The notes: generated by a model from the sequence alone, not told the origin. A stretch of DNA of 64,000 nucleotides from Gemmatimonadales bacterium (GCA_036262935.1 DATAHW010000083.1:9703-73702); one strand, 5' to 3'. Positions 47,465-57,105 are shown, numbered from the stretch's first letter. Numbers and translations: made by a program.

Positions 47465-48619
47465 CTAGCTCGTGGGCGCCGGGATCGCCTCCCGCCGCAC
47501 GCCGCCCGCGGCACGCGTGCTCCACGCCTCGGGCGACCGGCCGAAGCGATCGCCGAAGTCCCGGCTCAGTTCGGCCAGGATGCGCGTCTCGCGGTCCGCG
47601 GGCGCGAGGACGACGACCGCCCCGCCCCAACCGGCACCCGTGAGCCGCGCGCCGTAGGCGCCGTGCGCCGTCGCCCGCTCGACCAGGAAGTCCGCCTCGG
47701 GCACCGTCGAGCGGTAATCCTCCCGAAGCGACGCGTGCCCTTCGACCAGCAGCCGGCCGACCGTCGCCAGGTCGCCCGCGGCGAGCGCCAGCGCGGCGGC
47801 CCGGGTACGTGCCGTCTCCGTCACCACGTGCCGCACGCGCGGCACCAGCGGCGGCGGCAGCCGCCGCGCGACCTCGGGGAGGTCGGCCGGCGCGAGCTGC
47901 GCCAGGAAGCGGAGGCCGGGGCGCCACGCGCGGCAGAGCGCCAGGGCCTCCTCGCACTCTCGGCGGCGCTCGTTGAGCGCGCCGCCGGTGAGCCGGTGAG
48001 AGATCCCGGTCTCCACGATCCAGAGCCGGTGCTCGAGCGGGACCCGCTCGAGGCTCCCGATGCCGGTCTCGAACAGGAGCGCCGTCCCCCGCTCGGCATG
48101 GGCGGCGATCGTCTGGTCCATGCGGCCGCAGCGCACGCCCACCCGATCGTACTCCGCGTGAAAGGCGACCTCGACCAGATCGGCCGCGCTCAGTGAGCGG
48201 CCGGCGAGCAGGCTCAGCGCACGAGCGGCGGCGACAGTGAGCGCGGCGGACGACGAGAGCCCCGCGCCCGCCGGCACCGTGCCGGCCACGGCCACGTGCG
48301 CGCCGGCGAGCGCCACTCCGCGGCTCCCGAGCTCCCGCACGACGCCGACGAGGTAGTCGGTCCAATCGCGCCGGAGCGGCCCCGCCACATCGAGCTGGTG
48401 GACCGCGCCGTCGAGCGAGGTCACGACCCGCCACTCGGCGGCCGGCGACGCGGCCACCGCGGTCCGGCGCTCGAGAGCGACAGGAAGCACGGGGCCGCCG
48501 TTGTAATCGGTGTGTTCCCCGATGAGATTCACGCGCCCCGGCGCGGAGGCAACGACCGTCGGCCGGGTGGCAAAGCTCGAAGCAAACTGCGAAGTTGCGA
48601 GTCTCGCGGACGACATCAT
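47465..48619 (-). CDS. galK: galactokinase
   Basis: Last 384 codons of track ORF 47465..48793, from ATG 48619. GRVNLIGEHTDYNGG and PAGAGLSSSAAL (GHMP) motifs. Confidence 0.92.
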   Translation of the reverse strand: MMSSARLATSQFASSFATRPTVVASAPGRVNLIGEHTDYNGGPVLPVALERRTAVAASPAAEWRVVTSLDGAVHQLDVAGPLRRDWTDYLVGVVRELGSRGVALAGAHVAVAGTVPAGAGLSSSAALTVAAARALSLLAGRSLSAADLVEVAFHAEYDRVGVRCGRMDQTIAAHAERGTALLFETGIGSLERVPLEHRLWIVETGISHRLTGGALNERRRECEEALALCRAWRPGLRFLAQLAPADLPEVARRLPPPLVPRVRHVVTETARTRAAALALAAGDLATVGRLLVEGHASLREDYRSTVPEADFLVERATAHGAYGARLTGAGWGGAVVVLAPADRETRILAELSRDFGDRFGRSPEAWSTRAAGGVRREAIPAPTS

Positions 48620-48652
48620 GGGCACGGCCGACGACTTCTTTCGGGAGGGACT

Positions 48653-50224
48653 GTGGGGCTTTGCGTGCGCCGACTGGCGGTCCTCGCCTGCCTGCTCGCA
48701 CCGGCGGGACTCCACGCGCAACTCGCGCCGGTCGGCGTGCCGGCCGGGGTGCTGCGCGTGGATCTCGACGGCGCGCTGGAGACCTGGGACCACCGCTGGC
48801 TCGATGGCTCGCGCGAGCCGCTCGGAGCCGACCTCTCCAGCCCCGCCGCCGGCAGCGACCTCTTCCCGTCGCTGGCCGATGCGGACGCGCGGATCGGCCG
48901 GATCACCGGCCTGCCGGACCTCCGGCTCAATCTAGGCGCACTCACCACCGACGCGGAGGCCGACGTCGGCCGCGGCACCCTGGGGCTGGCGCTGGGGCTC
49001 ACCCGGTCGCTCACGGTGTTCGGCCGGATCCCGCTCGTCCGGGCGCGGGTCCAGAGCGCCATCCAGCTCGACCCCGCCGCCGCCAATGCGGGCGCGAATC
49101 CCGGCGCCGAACAGGAGGCAGGCTTTTTCCAGGAGCTCGACGCCTCGCTCGCTTCGCTGGGCGGCCGCATTGCCGCCGGCGAGTTCGACGCCAATCCGGC
49201 GCTCAAGGCGCAGGCCCAGGCCACCCTCGACGCGGGGACAAGCCTTCGCGCGGACCTCTTCGGGCTGCTCGCCGACCCGGCGACCGCATCGCCGTTCGTT
49301 CCCACCGCCACGAGTCCGGCGGGCGCGGCGATCGCCGCCCGGGTGAGCGGCCTGCAGGCGACGCTCGCGAACGACTTCGGCGTCGCCGGCTTCACCAGCG
49401 GCGTGGCACTCGCCGACAGCCCGCTCTCGCGCGACGAGCTCGTCGGGTTCATCAGCGATCCCTCGGGGCCGATCGCGGAACGAACCGGCGAGTCGAAGGT
49501 GACGTTCCGCGGCGATGCGGAGACCGGGCTGGCCCTCACGCTGGCCGACCACTGGGACCGCGGCACACACCGGGGCGGCTTCCGCGCGGCCCTCGAGGGC
49601 CTGGTCCGCTTCCCCACCGGCCAGGTGGCCCGGTCCGACCGACTCCTCGCGCTCGGCACCGGCGAGGGGCAGACGGACATCGAACTCCGTCTCACGACCG
49701 ATCTGGGCAGCGGCTCATGGGGCGCGCGCGCCGAAGCGCTCTACAGCCGCCAGCTCGCGGGGGATTTCCTCGTGCGGATGGCGCCGCCGACGCAGCCGCT
49801 CGCGGGGATCGATCTGCTGACCGTGGTGCACCGGGACCCCGGGGACATCGTGAGCCTCGCGGTGCGACCGTTCTTCCGCCTCGCGCCGACCCTGGCCATT
49901 CAGGGCTCGGCGCGACACTGGTCCCGGGGCGCCGACGAGGTGGCCTATGCCACGGCCCTGGACTCGGTCCCGGGCGTCCCTGCGTCGGTAGCGGCGGAGG
50001 ATACCAAGGCAAGCGCGACCGTGCTCGGCATCGGCCTTACCTACAGCAGCCCGGGACGGCTGCGGCCGGGCGGAACGGGGTTGCCCGTGGACGCGAGCTG
50101 GACATACGAGCGGGTAGTCGGGGCCTCGGGCGGGATCGTGCCTGATCGGCAAGCGGTGCGCGCGCAGCTCCGGTTGTACTTCGGCATCTTCCAGCCCGGC
50201 ACCGCCAGCGGCCCCCGCAATTGA
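48653..50224 (+). CDS. secreted, probably outer-membrane (beta-rich) protein, unknown function
   Basis: Start set to GTG 48653 after GGGAGGGA (VGLCVRRLAVLACLLAPAGLHAQ signal peptide). 523 aa. Alternating-residue segments toward the C-terminus (ASWTYERV, VRAQLRLYFGIF). Confidence 0.65.
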   Translation: MGLCVRRLAVLACLLAPAGLHAQLAPVGVPAGVLRVDLDGALETWDHRWLDGSREPLGADLSSPAAGSDLFPSLADADARIGRITGLPDLRLNLGALTTDAEADVGRGTLGLALGLTRSLTVFGRIPLVRARVQSAIQLDPAAANAGANPGAEQEAGFFQELDASLASLGGRIAAGEFDANPALKAQAQATLDAGTSLRADLFGLLADPATASPFVPTATSPAGAAIAARVSGLQATLANDFGVAGFTSGVALADSPLSRDELVGFISDPSGPIAERTGESKVTFRGDAETGLALTLADHWDRGTHRGGFRAALEGLVRFPTGQVARSDRLLALGTGEGQTDIELRLTTDLGSGSWGARAEALYSRQLAGDFLVRMAPPTQPLAGIDLLTVVHRDPGDIVSLAVRPFFRLAPTLAIQGSARHWSRGADEVAYATALDSVPGVPASVAAEDTKASATVLGIGLTYSSPGRLRPGGTGLPVDASWTYERVVGASGGIVPDRQAVRAQLRLYFGIFQPGTASGPRN

Positions 50225-50468
50225 CCACCATGCGGGCCGTTTAACCATTTGGGCCTGGTGCTGGCCGCGACTCTCGCGCCCGGTGGCTCAAACGGCCAGA
50301 GTCAACCGGAATGGCATCCGGGCCATGGTTTGGGCTGAAAATGCCTATAGGCAAGTGGGCGCATCCTGCCCATGTTGTTCCGGATACCAGCATCCATAGC
50401 CACGCACTGGCCTGGCGCGCTTCAACCAGCGGCCCCAGGCGAGCGCCTCGGCCGACGTAGCAGGAGAC

Positions 50469-51611
50469 GTGGTGGGTACATCCCCGGTGACCGCACGGAC
50501 GGACGTCCACATCGCCCCGCCGCCGCCCATGGAGCGGTTCGAGCGAACCGTCAACCTCCTCCTCTCGCCGCTGGACAGCGAGCGGAGCGTCTGGCGGCAG
50601 GAGGTCACGCGCGCGCTCCGGACCTTCATGGACGCTGACCGGGCGGTTCTGATGCTCTGGCAGGGAGGCACGCCGGCCTACTACGCCGACGCCTTCCCCC
50701 CGGAGGTGATCCAGGAATATCTCGAATACTTCGCGCCGCTCGACCTCGGCATGGCGCGCCGGGACGCGCTGAGGCTCTCGGTGTGGAGCCGGAGCATGCT
50801 CTGGGACCGGAGCACACTGCTTCGGAGCGCGTACTTCCACGAGTTCGCACTGCGCCACGACCTGCAGGATTCCGTCGGATTGTCGCTCGACATCGAGGGA
50901 ACGCCGACCCACGTCCGGCTGGCGCTGCTCTACGGCAAAGCACCTCTGCCGGAGGATGAAGTTCGGGCCATGCTCCGGCGGCTGAACCTGATCCTCCCGG
51001 TGCTCCGAACCGGCCTCGGGATCCACCTCCGGTACGAGCGGTGGCTCGGCGCGATCCCGTCGATGCTCGACCGGGTCGGCACCCGCCTCATCCTCTACAG
51101 CCTCGCGGGGCGCGAGCTTCACCGCAATCTCACGATGCAGCGGACTCTGGAGCAGGACCCCGAGCGCGAGCGCATCCTGGAAGGGACGGAGGCGGTGGCC
51201 CGCGCGGTCACCGCCCATGCGCGCTCGGATGGGCGGGTGTCGATCACCCCGCTGACAACGCCATCGGCCTCGCGCCAGGTGATCCAGACGTCGATGGGGC
51301 GCTACCGGCTGCGCGGCTGCTTGCTGGGACCCGACACGGTGGACGTGGAATCGGCGGTGCTGGTGTCGCTGGAGCGGCTCGACCCGGAGCCGCCGTCGCC
51401 GAACGAGCTACGCGAGCGGTTCGGGCTCACGGCGCGCGAAGCCCAGGTGGCATGCCTGCTGGTGCAGCGGCTCACCAACGACGAGATCGCGAACACCCTG
51501 GAGATCAGCTCGCATACCGCCAGGCATCACACGGAAAGCGTGCTGATGAAAGTGCGGGTGAATTCCCGGCGCGCCCTGCGGCAGGTCCTCACCGGCGACA
51601 CCCGGCCCTAA
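50469..51611 (+). CDS. LuxR-family transcriptional regulator with uncharacterised N-terminal domain
   Basis: 380 aa. C-terminal HTH LTAREAQVACLLVQRLTNDEIANTLEISSHTARHHTESVLMKV. The start could instead be the internal MERFERT. Confidence 0.85.
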   Translation: MVGTSPVTARTDVHIAPPPPMERFERTVNLLLSPLDSERSVWRQEVTRALRTFMDADRAVLMLWQGGTPAYYADAFPPEVIQEYLEYFAPLDLGMARRDALRLSVWSRSMLWDRSTLLRSAYFHEFALRHDLQDSVGLSLDIEGTPTHVRLALLYGKAPLPEDEVRAMLRRLNLILPVLRTGLGIHLRYERWLGAIPSMLDRVGTRLILYSLAGRELHRNLTMQRTLEQDPERERILEGTEAVARAVTAHARSDGRVSITPLTTPSASRQVIQTSMGRYRLRGCLLGPDTVDVESAVLVSLERLDPEPPSPNELRERFGLTAREAQVACLLVQRLTNDEIANTLEISSHTARHHTESVLMKVRVNSRRALRQVLTGDTRP

Positions 51612-53281
51612 CGCTCCCGCCGCGCGCCTTCCCGGCGCAGCAGCGCCTGCGCGTGGCGCCGCGCCGCGTCTCCCTCGCTGTCACCGAGCATCCGGGCGAT
51701 CTCGCCGACCCGGTCCTCGCCATGGATCGGCTGCACATCGCTGGTCGCGATCCCGCCTCGCGCCTGCTTGCTGACGAAGAGATGCCGGTCGGCCCGGGCC
51801 GCGATCTGCGGCAGATGGGTGATCACCAGCACCTGGTGACGCTCCGCCACGTCGGCGAGCGCGGCGCCCACCTGCGCGCCGACCTCCCCCCCGATGCCCT
51901 GATCCACCTCGTCGAATACCAGCGTCGCGATCGCGTCCTGGCGCACGAGCACGACCTTGAGCGCGAGCATGAGCCGGGAGAGCTCGCCACCCGAGGCCAC
52001 CCGCGCGAGGGGCTTGGCCTCGAGCCCGACGTTGAGCTGCACGTCGAACTGGACGCTCTCCTGACCGTCCGCCGCTGGCTCGGCCAGGGACGTGAGCGTC
52101 ACGAGCAGCTTCCCGCCGGGAAGGCCGAGCCGGGGAAGCAGCCGGTTCACGCCGCGCGCGAGCCGGTCGGCGCCTTCCGCGCGCCGAGCGCTCAGGGTGG
52201 CTGCCGCGGCCCGGAGCGCACTCTCGGCCGCGCTCCGCCGCGCGGCGAGGGCGCGGAGATCCACATCGGCGGTGTCGAGCAGGTCCAGCTCGGCCGCGCT
52301 CTCCGCCTGGGTCGCGAGCACCGCCTCGATCGTCGGCCCGTACTTGCCGGCAAGCGTGAACAGCAGGTCGCGGCGGCGTTCGACTTCGGCCAGCCGCTCG
52401 GGGTCTTCCTCGATCTCGTCGGCATAGGCAGCGGCGAGCCGGGCGAGCTCCGAGAGATTGGTGTAGGCGGCGTCCAGCATCTCGCGCCAGGTGCCCACCC
52501 CCGGGTCGATCTTCTCGAGCGCAGCCAGTGCCCGGTCGGCCACGCCGAGGGCGCCGAGGGCGTTTGCCTGATCGCCCTCGAGGGCATCGGCGATCCGCTG
52601 CGCCAGCTCGCCCAGCGCCCCCGCCTGGCTCAGACGTCTCGCCTCCGCCTGCAGCGCCTCGTCCTCGCCCGGCCGGAGGCGGGCCCGCTCGATCTCGGCG
52701 ACGACGTGCCGGAGATAATCCGCCCGGCGACGCACCTCGTCCCGCCGGGCCGCGAGCGACGCCTCCTCCGCCCGGAGCGCCGCGAGGGCCGCGAATGCCC
52801 CGTCGACCGCGTCCCGCTCCGCCTCCGCGTGGGCGAACGCATCGAGAATGTCGCGCTGCGCGCCGGCGTGCAGCAGCGACTGCGTCTCATGCTGCCCGTG
52901 AAGGTCCACCAGCAGGGCGCCGAGCTGCGCGAGGACGGCGGCCGTGGTGGGACTGCCGTTCACCCACGCGCGGGACCGCCCCTCGGCCGACACCTCGCGC
53001 CGCACGACGATCCGCCCGTCCTCCACGTCCAGACCGAGGGCGTCGATCTCGCGCCGCGCGGTCGCAGCGATACCCTCGAACGCCCCTTCGACGATGGCCT
53101 TCGACGCGCCGGGCCGGACGTTCCCACTGGCGGCGCGCTCGCCGAGGAGCAGCGCCAGGGCGTCCACCACCATCGATTTCCCCGCCCCGGTCTCACCCGT
53201 GAGCACGTTGAGGCCGGGGCCCAGATGAAGGGTCACATCGGCGATCGTGGCGAGGTCGCGGACGCGGAGCTCGGAGAGCAC
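51608..53281 (-). CDS. recN: DNA repair protein RecN
   Basis: Start set to GTG 53281 (VLSELRVRDLATIADV...LTGETGAGKS). The track start at 53491 would overlap nadK. SMC-like coiled coil and C-terminal FDEVDQGIGG. Confidence 0.93.
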   Translation of the reverse strand: MLSELRVRDLATIADVTLHLGPGLNVLTGETGAGKSMVVDALALLLGERAASGNVRPGASKAIVEGAFEGIAATARREIDALGLDVEDGRIVVRREVSAEGRSRAWVNGSPTTAAVLAQLGALLVDLHGQHETQSLLHAGAQRDILDAFAHAEAERDAVDGAFAALAALRAEEASLAARRDEVRRRADYLRHVVAEIERARLRPGEDEALQAEARRLSQAGALGELAQRIADALEGDQANALGALGVADRALAALEKIDPGVGTWREMLDAAYTNLSELARLAAAYADEIEEDPERLAEVERRRDLLFTLAGKYGPTIEAVLATQAESAAELDLLDTADVDLRALAARRSAAESALRAAAATLSARRAEGADRLARGVNRLLPRLGLPGGKLLVTLTSLAEPAADGQESVQFDVQLNVGLEAKPLARVASGGELSRLMLALKVVLVRQDAIATLVFDEVDQGIGGEVGAQVGAALADVAERHQVLVITHLPQIAARADRHLFVSKQARGGIATSDVQPIHGEDRVGEIARMLGDSEGDAARRHAQALLRREGARRER

Positions 53282-53375
53282 GGGCGGTCGCTCGGTCAGG
53301 CGGTCGGGCGGTCGGAGCGTTCGGCTGCCGCCCCGATCGCGTGACCGCGTGACCGTCTGACCGCCTGACCGCTCA
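53282..53375. repeat. hairpin made of 4 x 8-nt CGGTCNNN units facing 4 x TGACCGNN units (same family as 5167..5235)
   Basis: CGGTC at 53285, 53293, 53301 and 53309. TGACCG at 53342, 53350, 53358 and 53366. Perfect 13-bp core CGGTCAGGCGGTC (53293..53305) / GACCGCCTGACCG (53359..53371). Fills the whole nadK-recN spacer. Confidence 0.8.
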
Positions 53376-54242
53376 CCGCACCGCCTCCCGCTCCGACAGG
53401 TCCCCCCAGTGGAGCTTCTGGCGCATGCGGGTGAAGAAGCCGTCGCCGCCGAGGCGGATGAGGCACACGCGGTGGTCGGCGCGGCGGACATCCACGCTCT
53501 CGCCGGGCGCGAGCGTGGTGCCCGTCTGGCCGTCGAAGGAGACGAGCAGGTCGTCGGCCCACCCCTCCATCGGCTCGATCACGATGCGGAAGCTGGCGGG
53601 CACCACCAGCGGCCGGACCGCGAGGGTGTGGGCCGCGATCGGGGTGACGATGATCGCCTCGACGCCGGGGACCACGATGGGACCGCCGGCACTCAGGCTG
53701 TACGCGGTCGAGCCGGTGGGCGTCGCCACGATGATGCCGTCGGCGCTGTAGGGCCCCACGTTGTCGCCCTGAATGAAAACGTTGACCCGCACCACGCGGG
53801 CCACGCCGCCCTTGTGCACGGCCACGTCGTTGACCGCGACCTGCCCGACGCGGTGGGTTCCGTCGTCGCACTTGATCACGGCCTGCAGCGCCTGCCGCCG
53901 CTCGATGACATAGCGGCCGGCCACCAGCGCGTCGAGCGCGGCATCGAGCGTTTCGCGCGTGGCGGTGGTCAGGAAGCCGACCCGGCCGAGGTTGACGCCC
54001 AGAATCGGGACCTCCCGTGCGCCGCACAGCCGGGCGCCGCGGAGCAGCGTGCCGTCCCCCCCGAAGGTGAGCAGCGCGTCGAGCTCGATGCCCTCGAACG
54101 ACGGGATGTCACGGTTCCAGAACTCGCCGAGCCGCTCCTCGCTGTAGAGATCGATGCCGCGGGCGGGCGCCTGGGCGGCCACGTGGTGCAGCACCGACTT
54201 GAGGCCGGGGTAGCGCGGATTCCCGACAACGCCGACCTTCAT
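53373..54242 (-). CDS. nadK: NAD kinase
   Basis: Last 289 codons of track ORF 53373..55253, from ATG 54242 (ATGA overlap with the dxs stop). GGDGTLL and TPTGSTAYSLSAGGP motifs. Confidence 0.93.
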   Translation of the reverse strand: MKVGVVGNPRYPGLKSVLHHVAAQAPARGIDLYSEERLGEFWNRDIPSFEGIELDALLTFGGDGTLLRGARLCGAREVPILGVNLGRVGFLTTATRETLDAALDALVAGRYVIERRQALQAVIKCDDGTHRVGQVAVNDVAVHKGGVARVVRVNVFIQGDNVGPYSADGIIVATPTGSTAYSLSAGGPIVVPGVEAIIVTPIAAHTLAVRPLVVPASFRIVIEPMEGWADDLLVSFDGQTGTTLAPGESVDVRRADHRVCLIRLGGDGFFTRMRQKLHWGDLSEREAVR

Positions 54243-56137
54243 CGCGCCTCGAGGCTCTCCTCGTGCTGCAGCGCGGTGATTCGGCGGGCGATGCCCGCAC
54301 CGGTGAGGCCGAACACCTCGAGCTGCTCGGCGCGGGGCGCCTGCTCGATCAGCTTGTCCGGTAGCCCGAGGGCCACGACCCGGACCTCGGGATGCGTGGT
54401 CTGCAGCGTCTCGGCGAGATAGGCGCCGAAGCCGTTCACGATGGTCCCTTCCTCGACGGTGACCAGGATCCGATGTTCCTGGACCAGCAGCTCGAGCAGG
54501 GAGAGATCGAGCGGCTTGAGGAACCGGGCATTGATCACGGCGCAGTCGATACCGTCCGCCGCGAGCAGCTCGGCCGCCTGCACGGCGGGCGGTACCATGG
54601 TGCCGACGGCGAGAATCGCGACGTCCTTCCCGGCGCGGAGCGGCTCCCAGGTCCCGTAGGGCACGGCCGGGATCTCCGAGGCGGGACGTGGTTCGGCCGG
54701 CGCCTTGTCGCGCGGGTAGCGGGTGCAGAACGGCCCGGCGGTGTGTGCCAGGGCCGTCCGCAGCAGCCCGATCAGCTCGTCGCCGTCTTTCGGCGCGGTC
54801 ACGGTCATGCCCGGGACGGCCAGCATGTACGCGATGTCGTAGAGGCCCATATGGGTCTGGCCGTCCTCGCCGACGAGCCCCGCGCGGTCCATGCAAAATG
54901 TCACCGGCAGATGCTGCACGGCGACGTCGTGGATGACGTTGTCGTAGGCACGCTGGAGGAAGGTGCTGTAGATCGCCACCACGGGGCGGATGCCCTGAGT
55001 GGCGAGCCCGCCGGCGAAGGTGACGGCATGCCCTTCCGCAATCCCGACGTCGAAGAACCGGGTCGGATACTGCTTCTGGAAGATGTTCGTGCCGGTACCG
55101 CTCGGCATGGCCGCCGTGATCGCCACCAGTTCGGGGTGCTCGCCCGCCAGCGCCGTGAGCCCGTCGCCGAAGACCTGGGTCCAGGTGGGCGGGCCGCTCG
55201 CCTTCTTCCGGGCCTCGCCGGTGATCGGATCGTAGGCCGCGAGGCCGTGCCACTTCTCCTGATTGTCCTCGGCGAAAGCGAACCCCTTCCCCTTCTGCGT
55301 CATCACGTGGATCACCCGGGGGCCGCTCATCCCGCGCACGAACCGCAGGGTGTCGCAGAGCGTGGGCAGGTCGTGGCCGTCGATCGGCCCGAAATACCGG
55401 AAGCCGAGCTCCTCGAAGAACATCCCCGGCGAGAACATGTTCTTGGCGCTCTCTTCGAGATTCTTGGCGAACTCCACCACCCGGTCGCCGAAGACGCCGC
55501 CGAGGGCCAGGGTCATCCCCTTGATCTTCTCCCGCAGCCGGTTGGTCCGCGGGTCGGCCACGATGCGGCCGAGCGTGGTGCTGATCGCGCCGACGTTGGG
55601 CGAGATGGACATCCCGTTGTCGTTCACGATGAGAATGATGTCGCGATCGGAGTGACCGGCGTTGTTCATCCCCTCGTACGACAGCCCGCAGGTGAGCGCG
55701 CCGTCGCCCACGACGGCGACCACCTTGTGGCGTTCACCCCGGAGATCGCGCGCGGTGGCCAGGCCGAGCGCGGCCGACACCGCCGTGCCGGCGTGGCCGG
55801 CGCCGAACTGGTCGTGCTCGCTCTCGGCCCGCTTGAGGAAGCCGGAGATCCCGTCCCGCTGCCGGAGCGTGGGAAACGGGCCGTTCCGCCCGGTGAGCAG
55901 CTTCCAGGCATACGCCTGATGCCCCACGTCCCAGACCACCTTGTCCGCCGGCGAGTCGAACTCGTACAGCAGGGCGATGCCAAGCTCGACCACGCCGAGG
56001 CTCGCACCGATATGCCCGCCCGTCAGCGAGACGCACTCGATCAGCCGGTCGCGGATTTCCTGCGCGAGCTGGGGCAGTTGATCCCGGCGCAGGCGCTTGA
56101 GGTCGGCGGGGCCATGGATGGTGGGGAGGAGGGTCAT
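54239..56137 (-). CDS. dxs: 1-deoxy-D-xylulose-5-phosphate synthase
   Basis: Last 632 codons of track ORF 54239..56605, from ATG 56137 (MTLLPTIHGPADLKRL). TGGHIGASLG and the TPP-binding GDGALTCG. Confidence 0.95.
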   Translation of the reverse strand: MTLLPTIHGPADLKRLRRDQLPQLAQEIRDRLIECVSLTGGHIGASLGVVELGIALLYEFDSPADKVVWDVGHQAYAWKLLTGRNGPFPTLRQRDGISGFLKRAESEHDQFGAGHAGTAVSAALGLATARDLRGERHKVVAVVGDGALTCGLSYEGMNNAGHSDRDIILIVNDNGMSISPNVGAISTTLGRIVADPRTNRLREKIKGMTLALGGVFGDRVVEFAKNLEESAKNMFSPGMFFEELGFRYFGPIDGHDLPTLCDTLRFVRGMSGPRVIHVMTQKGKGFAFAEDNQEKWHGLAAYDPITGEARKKASGPPTWTQVFGDGLTALAGEHPELVAITAAMPSGTGTNIFQKQYPTRFFDVGIAEGHAVTFAGGLATQGIRPVVAIYSTFLQRAYDNVIHDVAVQHLPVTFCMDRAGLVGEDGQTHMGLYDIAYMLAVPGMTVTAPKDGDELIGLLRTALAHTAGPFCTRYPRDKAPAEPRPASEIPAVPYGTWEPLRAGKDVAILAVGTMVPPAVQAAELLAADGIDCAVINARFLKPLDLSLLELLVQEHRILVTVEEGTIVNGFGAYLAETLQTTHPEVRVVALGLPDKLIEQAPRAEQLEVFGLTGAGIARRITALQHEESLEAR

Positions 56138-56149
56138 TGGCGAGAGGGG

Positions 56150-56197
56150 CGTGAGTCGTGAGTCGTGGATCGTGAGTCGTTCGGTCCGACTCACGAC
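56150..56197. repeat. tandem CGTGAGT heptamers (4 units, one degenerate) plus one inverted copy overlapping the ispA stop
   Basis: Units at 56150, 56157, 56164 (CGTGGAT) and 56171. The inverted copy CGACTCACGA (56187..56196) pairs with TCGTGAGTCG (56170..56179) to form a 10-bp stem. Confidence 0.8.
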
Positions 56198-57105
56198 TGT
56201 CTGTCCGCAATATATCCCGCCAGTGCCCCCAGCGCGGTGGAGGGGAGCCCCGCCCGGCCGAGGTGTTCCACCGCGCGCGCGGCCAGCCGCCTCGCCTCGC
56301 GGCGCGCGCCCGCGACGCCCAGCAGGCCCACGTAGGTGGACTTGGCGAGCTGGGCGTCGCGACCGGCCGTCTTGCCGAGCTCCTCGCTGGTGGCGGTGCA
56401 GTCGAGCACGTCGTCGGCGATCTGGAACGCGAGGCCGACCTCCTCGCCGAACGCGGTCAGCGCCTCCACCCCGGCGGGGTCGGCCTCGCCCGCCACGGCG
56501 CCGAGGGTGCACGAGGCGCGGATCAGCGCTCCCGTCTTGCCGCGGTGGACCTCGATGAGCTGTGGCAGGGTCAGGGTGCGGCCCTCGGCCTCGAGATCGA
56601 GCCACTGGCCCCCCACCATGCCTTCGATCCCGCCGGCCTGGAACAGCCCGGCCGCCATCCGGCCGAGCATCGCTGGCGGCAGCCCCAGTGCCCCGGCGGC
56701 CGACGCCAGCACGCGGGCCGCGATCGGGACCATCAGGAAGCCGACCGTGGTGGCCGTCGGGATGCCGAACTGCCGGTGCGTCGTGGGGCGGCCCCGGCGG
56801 AGGTCGTCGTCGTCCATGCAGGGCAGGTCGTCGTGCACGAGGGAATAGGCGTGCACCGTTTCGACCGCCGCCGCCACGCCGGCGATGGCGGGCGACGATC
56901 CCCCGACGGCGCGGTAGGCGGCCAGCACCAGCGCGGCCCGGACCCGCTTGCCCGGGGTTCGGAGCGCGTACGCGAGCGCCTCGCCCTGCCGGCCGCCGAT
57001 CTCGTCACCGAGACGGTCGGCCCAGGAGGCCAGGAGCCCGTCGGCACACTTGCGGGCCTCCGCCAGGAGGGCGTCGGCGGTGAGGGCGGGCACGTGCAGG
57101 GTCAT
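56191..57105 (-). CDS. ispA: polyprenyl (farnesyl/geranylgeranyl) diphosphate synthase
   Basis: 304 aa. LVHDDLPCMDDDDLRRG (first Asp-rich motif) and FQIADDVLD (second). xseB-ispA-dxs order as in E. coli. Confidence 0.92.
   Translation of the reverse strand: MTLHVPALTADALLAEARKCADGLLASWADRLGDEIGGRQGEALAYALRTPGKRVRAALVLAAYRAVGGSSPAIAGVAAAVETVHAYSLVHDDLPCMDDDDLRRGRPTTHRQFGIPTATTVGFLMVPIAARVLASAAGALGLPPAMLGRMAAGLFQAGGIEGMVGGQWLDLEAEGRTLTLPQLIEVHRGKTGALIRASCTLGAVAGEADPAGVEALTAFGEEVGLAFQIADDVLDCTATSEELGKTAGRDAQLAKSTYVGLLGVAGARREARRLAARAVEHLGRAGLPSTALGALAGYIADRQS

Noticed and set aside
53282-53375. Whether the short tandem repeats at 5167..5235, 53282..53375 and 56150..56197 could be CRISPR arrays.
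   Set aside because: - The units are only 7-8 nt with no spacers.
- The arrays are under 100 nt and are arranged as inverted arms forming hairpins.
- No cas genes are present in the window.
56138-56190. A TPP riboswitch or other known leader upstream of dxs.
   Set aside because: The spacer is only 53 nt and consists of heptamer repeats. That is too short and has the wrong sequence for a THI-box.
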